NCBI GenBank assembly: GCA_964016885.1
Contig: OZ024764.1
Span: 22,010,001-22,074,000 of the forward strand
Direction: 5' to 3'
Length of the DNA stretch: 64,000 bases
From: Eledone cirrhosa
Taxonomy: Eukaryota
Below are positions 38,868-51,690 of this stretch, one piece after another; position 1 is the first letter of the stretch, and each line of letters starts with the position of its first letter. The notes under the pieces were generated by a model that saw only the letters and a program-made list of their open reading frames with translations, was not told where the DNA came from and ran no database searches. The translations under genes and the position numbers were made by a program.

Positions 38868-39802
38868 ACTAGACATGAAAAATGCGCAAGCTCAAAAGTG
38901 CCACAGAATGTTATAATAAACCTTCAAAAGTGTGGGACTAGAGTTGTTGCTAAAAAATATTGTAATCATTATATATCGTACATTCTGTGGCATCCTTTAT
39001 AAAAATAGCTTTAACCAACGAAGCCTTTATTTTTACGCTATTTCACTTAGTTAATTCTTAGAGTGTAACATATAAAAATATGATTTACAACTATAAATAA
39101 ATTAATTAATATAATAACAGAGCTGCGGAGCTGAAATTTAGGAAATAATGGAGTATCGGATCCTGAGTTGGAGCCAGTCAATTTTTGGCCGACTCCGCAG
39201 CCCTGTATAATACATTTCATATTAAAGTTATTAATAAACCTATTTTACACTGCATGCAAATTACCATGAGATATTGATATTAGATATAAGATACAGCGCA
39301 ATATCTACAGCTGTAAAAGTACGAAAGCGAAGTAATAATAAGTGGCTTAAGGTAATTCCAATATGAAAGTTTGTAGTGATAAAAATTTGATAATGCAATA
39401 CGATTGTTAATATTATAGTTCTATGAAAATGTAACAATAGATAACTAAATTATTTTACTATTAGTATATTTAAGAAATTATATTTATAGATTTGATCGTT
39501 CATATAAGCATCATATTAATTTTCAACACAATTATTTTGTTACTATGAGTATATGATAATAATATTACGTAATTATTTATAGCTGTTATTACATTAAACA
39601 TAGATGTATTAAGAATTAACTAAGTGAAACAGCGTAAAAATAAAGGCTTCGTTGGTTTAAGCTATTTTTATAAAGGATGCCACAGAATGTACGATATATA
39701 ATGATTACAATATTTTTTAGCAACAACTCTAGTCCCACACTTTTGAAGGTTTATTATAACATTCTGTGGCACTTTTGAGCTTGCGCATTTTTCATGTCTA
39801 GT
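38868..39802. repeat. 193-bp near-perfect inverted repeat (foldback-like element)
   Basis: 38868-39060 versus 39610-39802, 2 mismatches seen. Confidence 0.92.
39118..39205. mobile_element. 88-bp hAT-type mini-MITE
   Basis: TIR CAG(A/G)GCTGCGGAG; 8-bp TSD TATAATA(A/C). Confidence 0.7.
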
Positions 39803-40994
39803 TTAATATGTTTTTAAGGCAACGCTTGTAATAACTCTAGTTAAACAGGATATATATTAATAATAAATTATCGTTGTAATGTAATTAGATTATGTAATTG
39901 TTATTATAAATTATCTTATAAATATTAGTGTAAGATGTATAAAAATATTTTCATACTTTTAATATAAACAACTACAAAAAACAATTAATATTAAATCAAT
40001 ATATTATACATAATAGAAAACATAAAATAAACAATACAAAAACAAAATATTTACATACAATTGCAATTATCAGTGTATATACATTTTCTTTATATTCCCT
40101 GAGCAAATTAATAAGATTTGTTTTTATTGTACATAATTTGATGACTTGTTGGAGTGTATTAAAAGATAGCAGCAATTTGTGATTAAATTGTTATCTTAAG
40201 CAACTCACTTTTTAATAGTTGTTGGCTGAGCGAAATTGTAAAAGCTTATGAGCAAATATAAAAAAAAATACACAAACAACATTTCCTTGTGTTATTACAA
40301 CATTAGATAAAATAATTGAGCAATGTCGTTATATTTTGCTCTTATTGCACATTAATAGTGTTTCTATTTTTCAGTACAAATCCATTACGGCAGTCCATTA
40401 CTGGTACTTTATTTTATCGAATTAGTAAGTATGAAAGTCGAAGTTAACCTCGGCAGGATTTGAACTTAGAATGCAAAGGACCATAACAATACTGCAAAGC
40501 ATGGTGTCTGATGCTCTACCAATACTTGTGTTGAGCTGGTCATTAATTTATGGTGGTCGTGCGTGGAGTAGAGCAATCGCTAGTTGAAATATTATGAACA
40601 AAACATTTTTATTTGCCGAAGAACATATTTTCAATACTGTTTGTGAATGTGACGAAGGAAATACATTCTGATATGGAACAGTGTACAAAGTGTGTCTGTG
40701 AATAACATAATGTTACCTCATGTTGTTGTCAAGACATAATGGATTTCGTATATCCAGTTAGAAGATGAAACCTAGCCATCTCGGATTAGTTATATTTCAT
40801 GCCATGTGTAAACGTGTTTGAGGATAGCAAAATATGCGTGTTTCTTGTCTGGAAACTTTCTGCTAAACTGATTGGTTTCGTTTTTGGCACTATACAATAC
40901 TCATCCAACAGATAGCTGTATTGGATCCTTGATTGGTTAATATTTAGGTGAGGGTGCTTGATGCAGAGTTAGTGCAAAATGGATCAATGAGTGT

Positions 40995-41646
40995 AATAAT
41001 AATAATGATAATAATAATGAAAATATTGTGTACAATGCTGAGGTGCACTACAACTCATCAAAAGTGCATATATAATACATAGGGTAATATAAAAACGTCA
41101 GGAAAAAAGAACAGTGCATGAGTCATGATATACACATATGTGCATGTGTATGGAAGGGAGACATCAGGTGTAGTTTTGGTGTATTTCGGAATGTATGATG
41201 GTTTTAAAGGATGCAGTGTGTCATCAGCTAACAACTGATGCAGGAAGTTTGTTCCATCCTTCAGCAACTCTGAGCATGAAGAAATATTTCCTAAAGTCAT
41301 GGGAGCTGTGTTGTTTTCTGACTTTGTAGGCATGTCCACGTGTTAGACACATGGAGATCAAAAAGGTGTTCGGGGTTGTTGTTGGTCGGATGGTTAATAA
41401 CTTTGTGGGTGTTTACCAAGTCCATTGCCAGAGGGAAGCAAAATATTCAGGGTATGGTAGGTGTCTGATGGAGGGTATGCGTTTGGTTGCATGTCTCTGA
41501 ACAGTTTCCAGGAGGTCAATGTTCTGAGCAAGATAGGGGTTCCAGACTGATGACGCGAACTCCAAGTGTATTCGTACCATAGATGTATACAGCTTTAAAT
41601 AGATGGCTGGAGAGCAGCTAATGAAGGTCTTGCTGATTGATGCCAA
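40995..41646 (-). mobile_element. CR1-clade LINE 3' fragment
   Basis: LYTSMVRIHLEFASSVWNPY...LETVQRHATK; (ATT)n tail. Confidence 0.85.
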
Positions 41647-41869
41647 GTCAATCTTAATAAATTGACTGATTTATCTGTTCACTACTCCATCGCTGTTTGT
41701 ACAATTTTTTAGATAATGTCAATTTGAGCTTGAATCATTGGCGTAATGAAATTTGAAAAGATTATAAGCAAATCTTTTTTAAAATACACAGACAACATTT
41801 AACTGTATCGTTGCAACATTAGATCTAATAATGGAGCAACATTTGTGCAGAATTATTGTTTGTGCAATA

Positions 41870-42317
41870 AGATATTTGCAGATCTGTACTTGGTCTGCTC
41901 TTTAGCCAACTCGGTACGTTTAGAAGCTCTACGCTCGGCTTGCTTTTGAGATATAATAGCTGAATTTGCAGATCAATACTTGGCCTGCTTGTTTGCCAAC
42001 TCATACCGTTTTGAACATCTATACTTGGCCTGTTTTTGTGTTAATTTAGCAAAATTCACAGCTCTATAATCAGCCTGTTTTTGTCTCAACTTCTCCCGAT
42101 TCCGCATCCGGTAAGCTGCTTTCACATCCAATTTAATACGCCCATCTAGATTATTAGCACAGGAATGTGAACAAGCTTGTGGGACCGCATCATTGTAAGT
42201 ATATGAACTGCCTGCAACATCAAGACCCAATTCACAAGTGCAGCGTTGCTCATTCACATCGGCAGTGGGGACACCAAAATCAGTGACAGGTCTCGATTCA
42301 CTCGCGAGATACATCAC
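41870..42317 (-). pseudogene. Degenerate ORF with basic 15-aa repeats, unknown origin
   Basis: KQADYRAVNFAKLTQ/KQAKYRCSKRYELAN/KQAKY*SANSAIISQ/KQAERRASKRTELAK/EQTKYRSAN. Confidence 0.5.
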
Positions 42318-42345
42318 AGCTACACTATATATTTAAACATATATA

Positions 42346-42410
42346 CAGTGATACCTCGCTACTTGGCGGTTCAACTATCGCGGATTCACGATTTCGCGCA
42401 TTTTTAGAAT
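42346..42410 (+). mobile_element. Tigger/Tc1-like terminal fragment
   Basis: TA|CAGTGATACCTCGCTACTTGGCGG...ATCGCGGATTC. Confidence 0.55.
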
Positions 42411-42596
42411 ATATATATGAACACCTAAAATTTTTCATTAAATCCATTAAAATATTAATAATAAACACAGTTCTAATCATACGCTATATATATATATATA
42501 TATAAATATAAGTAATTAATACCGTATAAATGGTACAAAGACTGTTTATGTAAAATGTATTTCTCAACAGAGTATTGAATACTTAGGAGAAATTCA

Positions 42597-42806
42597 AAAC
42601 GAAGAGTGATAAAATTTCAAGCAAAGAGTTTAATTAGGTAATGACTTACAAATTTGTTTCAGTATATAGACAAAGCCTGAAGCGCTAATTATAATAATTA
42701 GTTAATAATATTACAAAATATATTAATATTATATTAAATATATACTGAAACAAATTTGTAAGTCATTACCTAATTAAACTCTTTGCTTGAAATGTTATCA
42801 TTCTTC

Positions 42807-42810
<4 letters not shown>
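42597..42810. repeat. 72-bp inverted repeat
   Basis: 42597-42668 versus 42739-42810, 2 mismatches. Confidence 0.9.
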
Positions 42811-42842
<32 letters not shown>

Positions 42843-42850
<8 letters not shown>

Positions 42851-43192
42851 AAGGTTTAGCAAATAATGAAAAAGTTTCAAAATAAATTTTAAAAAGTTGA
42901 CTTTACCTACTATAGTTACCTTTACCGATCGGTAAACCTGTTTCTACATCATCCACTCTCATCACAGGAACAGTTTTGATAGCGCTAGTTTGTGATTTAA
43001 ATTCAGGAATTTTATATTCTTTGAATGAAAAGAACCTTCTGACGAGAATCTCTCTTTGCAACGAAGGCCGTATGGTCTCCGTTTTATTTTTAGGATTCGA
43101 AACCGATCGGTAAAGGTAACTATAGTAGGTAAAGTCAATTTTTTAAAATTTATTTTGAAACTTTTTCATTATTTGCTAAACCTTGTTTATAT
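42843..43192. repeat. 91-bp inverted repeat
   Basis: 42843-42933 versus 43102-43192, 1 mismatch. Confidence 0.9.
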
Positions 43193-43300
43193 TTGTTCTG
43201 GCTCGTTAATTTATTAACCCGCCATTGAACCACACTGGCATTTGGTTGGACAATACATGCGTACCTTGGCGCCTTGTGCGTGAAGGAACGTATATCCTAT

Positions 43301-43379
<79 letters not shown>

Positions 43380-44389
43380 TTTATCTAGTCCTTCGCTCAA
43401 GATTAATCTATAAGTTTAGATGTCTGCCTTCGTTTAAGTAAATATTACAGTAAGATTTTTAATATAAACAACTACAAAAAACAATTAATATTAAAACGAA
43501 AAAATTATCAATGATAAAAGAAGCGGATGCAACTTTTTTTTTTATAAAGTTATATTCCTGTTTCTTTAAAGAACATTTCATTTTTGTTCTATTGTAGGCG
43601 AAATAATGCAATGGTTTAATAGGGAAGATATAACTTACCAATTATGTCTCTAACCGTGTAACGCTTTTTAAGTAGATAACTACAATTGAAAATACTAAAG
43701 AAATGGAACCAACAATTCAATTTGAAAGTCGTCTACTTATAGTGACAGTGTATTACTGGTACTTTATTTTATCGATCCCGTAACGATGAAAGGCAAATGC
43801 TTAAAATTTAAATTGCCTTAATTCTATCGTCTGCTGTTTCATTAAAGGGAGATTCTCGTCTGTATTTAATTCTATCGTCTACTGTTCCACTAAACAGATA
43901 TACCTCCACTATCGTCTCTATTTATACATTTTAACTTATAACTTATACACATTTGATTTGAAATATTTTATCTAGTCCCCCCTCTCAATATTATGATGAT
44001 TTCTTTCGAATGAAACAGTTCTAGTCCTGTAGAAGCCATTTATATATATAATTGAACTGAGTTAAAAATTCACAATATTTATAATTAAATAAGCTCATAT
44101 ATATATGTGTGTATTTATCTGTTTATTGTATTATATATAATGTGTGTATATACAGGATGTCCCCCAAAAATATATACACACTTCAACAGCATTCTAATAA
44201 CTATTGCCTGTACAGGTAATCAAAGTGTCAATCGAATGTTAGTTTCGTGTTTTAACAGTACAAATTTACAATACACACATAAAACCAGTGTATATACATA
44301 CATGAGTGTGTATACACATACATGAATGTGTATATACAATATATATGTATATAGACACATATATTCACGGTGCAACGGAACATTAAAAT

Positions 44390-44700
44390 ATAGATGCGGG
44401 AGGGGGGGGTGTATATAGGGGCGCTGGGGATAAAGGAGTGTAAAGCGTGTGTAATTGATATATTGAAGGAGAGGAGCGTGCAGCGATAGAGTAACAAATA
44501 TATAGAGAGGGGGAGAGATGGTATTGAAGGGGAGGAGTGTAAAGCGAAAGAGTAAGAGAGATATATATAGAGCCGGAACAGATAGAGAGAAACAGGCGTA
44601 AGTAACAGTGGAAGAGATATATAGAGAGGGGGAAATGTGTTATTGAAGGGGAGGAGTGTAAAGCGAAAGCGTAAGATATATACAGAGAGAGGGGGAATAG
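44390..44700 (+). repeat. Degenerate purine-rich tandem repeat of about 60 bp
   Basis: TATTGAAGGGGAGGAGTGTAAAGCGAAAG and ATATATAGAGAGGGGG recur. Confidence 0.7.
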
Positions 44701-45244
44701 TATATATATATATATATATATCAACACTTACTCTGATTGGTTGAAAATTAGCCAATGACATACGATCACCACCACCACGGCTATCCCGGGAAAATTTATG
44801 AAGAAGTTAGGCATATATGTTATATTATTATATATGTTATGTTATATTATATAATATGTTATATTATATATTATGTTATGTTATAATGTTATAGAACACG
44901 AAAAGTGAACATTCTGTTGTTTCACACTTTTCGTGTTCTAACAGATATACATACAGACACACATATACACACCCACACATATATATATAAGAAATAATAA
45001 TCACACACGCAATACTAATTAACACCATATCTCTATAGAGACCTGTTGTAAATAAACAAAGAGTGTATCGTAAATTTCATTGTAAAAAAAAAACAAACAC
45101 ATTCACTTGTCAGAAAACCTAGTTTCATTTTCGAGGACGTAAAACTTAACCTATGCCCTTAGCTGTTCTATTTTAATTACATTTACTGATTTCAACTTTC
45201 ATTTTTTTTATTACAAACTTTACATAATTTAATTCCGTAAAAAG

Positions 45245-45380
45245 ATTTTACGTTACAAAAAAACCTTGAAGCATGCGCAGTGGTGCAGTTGTCGACTTCC
45301 TGTCCACGTGTCAGTCTTCCTACAACAACATTTAGACAACATTTCTGTAAATACTAAACACCTGAGACTATAATGTAAGT
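45245..45380 (+). promoter_or_regulatory. Putative promoter and exon 1 of ZF4
   Basis: GCATGCGCA 45271, ACTTCCTG 45295, CACGTG 45305; donor GTAAGT at 45375. Confidence 0.65.
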
Positions 45381-45599
45381 ATTATGTCTATTAATATTGT
45401 AGATTTAAGCTCACTTTTCACATCACAAATATATATTTTCTTGTTTGTTTCATTACTGGAAATATAAAATGTTATCGTAATTATCTATATTTTACCTACC
45501 TCTAATTAATTAAAGTGAAAACTTTTGTTGTTGCTGAAAAATAAATTAACAAAACTAAATATTTAAATATTCTAAAGGTCGTTTTTATATTATGTGATG

Positions 45600-46107
45600 A
45601 TATAATTAATATATTTTATTACAATTGTATAAATTTACAGTAGAATAACGTTGTAAATATGTTTTAAATATATACATAAATAACGTGTGTAAATAACATT
45701 ATAAATTGCTGGCAATTCCTTGAGAAAGACGTTACAAATATATTGTCTAAACTGTGTATAATAATATAATTTATTGAATGATAATGATAAAGGTAAGAAA
45801 AACATAGTGGGAGATGGCAATTCACCACCAGGTGTGATAATAGGCCACACCTCACACCTTGAGGAAAGCCAACACACTGGCAGCATTACTAAGGTGTTGA
45901 AATAACCAGGTACCCTCACGGGTATCACCTGGTACCTCGGTAAGGTGAGGCTAAGGTGCTGAAATAACCAGGTACCCTCACGGGTATCACCTAACACCTC
46001 GGTAAGGTGAGGCTAAGGGGCTGAAATAACCAGGTACCCTCACGGGTATCACCTGACACCTTGGTAAGGTGAGTCTAAGGGGCTGAAATAACCAGGTACC
46101 CTCACGG
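45600..46107 (-). mobile_element. CRE-like 3' end with 62-bp minisatellite
   Basis: Inverted paralog of 9503-10030; GDTREGTWLFQHLSL in ORF 45635..45997. Confidence 0.72.
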
Positions 46108-46441
46108 AAACGACTAGATTTGTAGAAAAAGTAGGGTGAAAGTATACAAAGAGATGTAGTTTCACAGATCTACTCACACCTCACGTTGGGTGGGAAATAA
46201 TTATTTTTCTTAGATTTTTTTCTAGACCCCTTTTCAATATTTTCTCTGAACCCCTTAGATACTTGCAATAGACGTTTTATTCCCCAGTATTAGGGTTAGG
46301 GTTTCCGTTTTCAGGAAGAAAAGTCGAGAAATAAAATTAAGGAAAGATAATTATTTCCCAGCCAACTGGAGAAGTGTGTAGCTCTTCTAAACTCTGATAA
46401 TCCTGTCTCCCACTTCTTTATCTACAAATCTAGTCGTTTCC
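46106..46441. mobile_element. Palindromic MITE
   Basis: TIR GGAAACGACTAGATTTGTAGA at both ends. Confidence 0.8.
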
Positions 46442-46843
46442 TGCTACTTTGAAGGCCCTATTTATTGATAACACCACTTGTAAATCTTTGTCAACTTTTC
46501 ATACGTAAATTGTGAATCAGTTATTTTTAAACAAACTATCAAAGAAGTGATCTCACAGTAACTGTGTTTGATTTAATCAACTTATTCCCCCCAAACATTG
46601 TCGACCTTGTGTCTAAATCAGAAACTATTATAAGATCTTAAATCAACCTCGTAAAGATGAAGGGCAAAGCTAACCTCGGCGGGATTTCAACCCTTTATGT
46701 TATGAGTTCAAATCCCACCAAAGTTAACTTTGTCTTTCATTCTAAAGGAGTGGATAAATTAAAGTTCCAGTAATCTACTGGGGTCTGAGATATTAAGGTT
46801 TGAGTAGATTCTATCTTTTTGTGTGTTTGTATTTATAATCTTA

Positions 46844-46982
46844 CTAGAACCCCTGTGACCTGCTGGGTCACGTTCCCTTTAAAAATAATATTTAAATAAT
46901 TAAAATGTACACAGACATGTATATTATGTAAAATGAAATTAGTAGGCCCATGTATATATATATATATATATGCGTGTGTGTG

Positions 46983-47071
<89 letters not shown>

Positions 47072-47222
47072 GTCACTTGTTCTAATTTTATAACTTTGTT
47101 CAACAGCACCACCAGCTATCTCTCTCACACACACCCATTATCTTTCTCTCTCTATTTATAAAGGTACCAGAAAAACCCCATATCTCAGGAACCTGTACAT
47201 TGATTTACGTGAAACTTATTTT
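46844..47222 (-). mobile_element. Helitron-like element, 5'-truncated, without the RTE insertion
   Basis: Inverted paralog of 7570-8747. Confidence 0.62.
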
Positions 47223-47309
47223 AGTCCACCCTGGGGGGGGGGGGTGTTAGTGTTGGTTCAGTCTACCCTGAGGGGTGTCAGTGTTGGTCAATGATAACCT
47301 TTATAACTA

Positions 47310-50300
47310 GAGGCCTGTTGGTGAGGACAAGCTGGAAGTGGTGACATCTTTCTGCTACCTGTGTGACATGTCAGCTGGAAGTGGTGCCAAGTTCACTGCC
47401 ATCGTGCTGTGCCACTCCACAGGTAACAAGTTTAGGCAGCTTCTCCTAATCCTCAAGACATGCTGGCTACCATTAGACACCATGGGGCAGATTTATAACA
47501 CCTGTGGGAGAAGTGTGTTGTTTCATACCAGCGAGACCTGGGCCATGTTATCTGACTGTCTGAATTGACTCTGAAGAAATGACAGAGCTATGATCCACTG
47601 GATGTGTAGTGTGACCATTGAGGATGATGTCAGCTCAACTGAGCTCCTAAAAAAACTGCTGATCGACAACCTCAAGGATGTGTTTCACAGGAGACACATG
47701 CACTGGTATGGCCATGTTGTGCATTCTCTCTCAACTCATCTATGCTTGGTCGTTGATGCACATTGACATTGCACATCCAACGGAGCATACTTGCTTCATT
47801 TCTCTCCAGCCATCGCATATCCTCCACAGTTGCTGTCCATGTCTCACTACCGTGCAGCATCACACATCTCACGCAGGCATCACCAGCCATTCGTTCTTAG
47901 AGAGAAACCCTTCTTTGTCAACATAGGAAGCAGCTCCCTAAACGTCTTCCAACCTGTCCTTATTCTAGATACTATGGCCTCTGAGCACCCTCCTCCCATG
48001 CTAATCTGATCACCTAGGTATCGGAAGCTATCAACCACCTCTGTAGATCCTTCCTGCATTTGAAAAATGTGTCTATCAATGCGACTTCTACTGTCAAATT
48101 TCCCTGTACCTCTACTGCATATGTAGTTTTCCCTACCTGTTAGTTTGCCTGCTATCCCACTACATTTCTTGTGTACCCAAAATCTGCATTGTGTACATTA
48201 TAGAATTTATGCCAGTTCCTTTTCTACATATTGAAAAAGGCCATTTCCCTGATGGAATGACAGTTTTGTCCTCTTTTCTACTCTTCAACACTTTTGTCTT
48301 AGCTAGGTTCACTCTCAGTCCTCTTGCTTCCAACTGCTGTTGCAATAGCCAGAATTTATGCTCTAGCTCCTCTACTGATTCTGCTATAAGAACCACATCG
48401 TCAGCCTAGAGAAGTTCCCATGGGCAGCCAGTCTTAAACTCCTCTTTTATGGCTTGGAGGCCTATAATGAACAAGGGCGGGCTGAGGACCGACCCTGATG
48501 TACTCCTACTTGTATCTGGAATTCCTTATTAAACTCCATTCCTACCCTCACTTTACTGACACCACCTCTGTACATAGCTTGCATTGTCCTCACAAACTAT
48601 TCCTCTACACCTAGTTTCCTTAGGGACCACCAGATGACAGATTGGGGTACTCTATCAAAGGCCTTTTCTAGGTGAACAAAAGCTAAGTATAGTGGTTTAT
48701 TCTTCTCTAAGAACCTCTCTAGTAGTTGTCTCACTAAGAAGAGGGCATCTGTTTGACCCTTTCTCTAAGTTGCGCTAGTATTCTTTCTGTCACTTTCATA
48801 ACCTGATCCATCAGTTTTATGCCCCTATAATTACTCCTCTCCAGAACATCCCCTTTACCTTTACCTCAATTTATGAGAATACTGCTGCACCAGTCTTTGG
48901 GTATGACACCACCATATATAGCTTGATTAATGATGCATGCAACCAGTTTACTTCCTACATCCCCTGATGCCTTCAGCATCTCAGCAACTATCCCCAACAG
49001 TCCAGCAGACCTCCATTTTTCCTTTCCTTAATTACTCTTGGACCCTATAGTCGTCAATCTCAATAGCTGGTCCTTCTGTCGGGTCTGCTGAAGGTAGACC
49101 CGACATTTCCAGGCCTCCCTTTTCTGATCATTCGTGACACTAAGTACACTGGCATCATCCCGGACACATTTATCTCCAACAACATCCTGATTTGCACTGA
49201 CACACTGCCTTGCAATGTGGAACACTGCACGCCTCTGATCTTCCCGTCGCAAAACATTGGCAAACCTCCTACTCTCAGCCTCCCTGCGTGCTAAGTAGAC
49301 CTGACATCTAGCTTCTCTCTTAGCGGCTGTGTATCGGTCTCTACCCCTACAATTTTTCCAAACATTCCATGCTAGTCATTTGTCTCTAATGGCTCTATCT
49401 ACCGTGCTGTTCCACCACCAGGTCACTCTCTGTCTGGTTGGAGCTCTGCTCCAGCCACAAGTTTTATGAGTAACCTGCAGTAAGTTGTCACGTAAGAAAT
49501 TCCAGTTATAATCTATGTCATACGACGCTATAACGTCTTCTTTTTCATCATACACATCTTGAAGGGCTTGCCTAAATTTATATTTTAGTGAAAGGTCTTT
49601 TAGTTTCTAGACCTTCCTTTTTCACACCTTCTTGTATGTCTCTCTTTGTCTCTTGCTTACTGAGATGTCACTAACGACTAACCTATGTTGGTGGGGTACA
49701 TTGTTCCCTGGGGTATGCCTTAGTATTTGACACCATCTATCTGTCTTACTCCCTAACTAGCAAGAAGTCAATCTGTCTCATGTGCTCACCTGATTGGTAG
49801 GTTATTAGGTGGTTGGTAGGTTTCTTAAAGTGTTGCAAATGCTTAGTTCACTTGTATCACAAAATACAAGAAGCCTCACTCCTTCTTCATTTCTTGAGCC
49901 ATAACCATGACCACCATGTACCCCAGTGTATCCATCCTGGAGCTGTCCAACATGACCATTGAAGTCCCCTGCTATTATAACTAGATCTCTGTCCTCTGTC
50001 ATTGTGGTTATCTCTACTTATTCCTTTTCTACATATGGAGCAGGGCCACTTTCCTGACGGGGTCAGGGTCTTCTCTCCTATCCATTACCACTTTAGTTTT
50101 GGCTAAGTATATTCTCAGAACTTACCATTTCAAATTCTATATCTATAGCTGGTCATCTACATAGAGAAGTTTCCATAGACAGCCAGTCTTAAACCTCTCT
50201 GTTATGGCTTGGAGAACTATGATGAACAACAGTGGGCTAAGAACTAAACCATGATGAACTCCTACCTGTACCTTCAATTCCTCACTAAACACACTTTACT

Positions 50301-50345
50301 GACAGCTTCTCACAAGCCATTCTTCTACACCTAATTTCTTTAACC
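47310..50345 (-). mobile_element. Decayed RTE LINE cluster
   Basis: Inverted paralog of 4550-7310; retains an extra RT segment (ADDVVLIAES...GLRVNLAKTK). Confidence 0.88.
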
Positions 50346-50551
50346 CTTTAGTATATAAACTGGCTATATCTGGCCAGACTTCTCCCACATCTTTCTGTTC
50401 AAACTGGCCGTAACTGGTCACTTATACTTATGTTAAGATATTGTTCTCAAAATAAGTAACATCAAAATCTCATAGATTTGATATTATGTGAGATAAAGCA
50501 TTTACTGTGAAAATATAATAGTAAATATAGAGTAATGTGAATACTAAAGGG

Positions 50552-50737
50552 TTAATCTAATGTCACTAATAACTACTTTTATCAATCAGTATAATCTAAT
50601 GTCACTAATAACTACTTTTATCAGTCAGTATAATCTAATCTCACTAATAACTACTTTTATCAGTCAGTTCAATCTAATGCCACTAATAACTACTTTTATC
50701 AGTCAGTATAATCTACTGCCACTAATAACTAACCTAT
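50552..50737 (-). repeat. 39-bp minisatellite (4-5 units)
   Basis: MSLITTFISQYNL periodicity. Confidence 0.88.
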
Positions 50738-51690
50738 GTTAGTCAGCACATTCTTCACCAAAGAAGGCCTTAGTATTTATTACAGTCCATTTATCAATAT
50801 AGAAATATTCTATGAAATTTGTACTGATGTATTACAAGTTTCTGAGAATCTTATAATGTTCTTTTATTATTTCAGAATACCAGAGGACATTGGCATTAAA
50901 GAGCACGTTACATCAGACATATCCTCAATATTAACCATTTCTAATGAAAGACACTACCCATCATTTTCAAATAATTTTGAAAACACTCAACACTTTCAAG
51001 GGATTTAGTTAAATAACTAAATTTCTCAGTATTAAGCTGCTATTTGGAACATAACTTTGCACAATTTCATGAAGTTATAATGGAAAGTTTTTAGATAAAT
51101 ATAAAGACTGGTATGAAAAGGTTAAAACACTTTTATATCAGTTGTTTCATCAACACCATTATTTAAAGACTAAAGGAAGCTGTTATACAGAACAGATACA
51201 ACCTTGTTTATATAAATCTATGGGAGAAATACTGGGAAATATTTCTTGTAAACTCAATAACACTTCTATTCTTCGCTGTCTGGAATATGTAGAAGATACA
51301 AAATAAAGCTGAAGAAATTTACACATGATTTTGTAAGATCTTCATATATTGACAAAGATGATAGTTGATGGAACTACAGGAGTAGAAATATTTCCATTAT
51401 TACAGGAATAACTAATCAAATAAAAACCAGAAAAATTAGATTCTTCACTGTCTGGAATTTGTGCAAGATGATTTTATATGTATATTAAACTTGAAGAGAT
51501 CTACAAAACAGTTTGTATCATCTTTAAATATAAAGAAAGACCAAAGTTGATAAAAATATATCTGGAGGAATATATTTTAAGAATAATATTATAAACATAA
51601 AGAAGAAAACTATCCATATATTGCGAGGAGAAAAATATTAAAACTGTGAATTATGTGAGAAACTGAGGTGATTGATATCTTTTATGAGAT

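Noticed and set aside
46833-47161. YIYIYI-type ORFs
   Set aside because: Translations of (TA)n/(TG)n microsatellites
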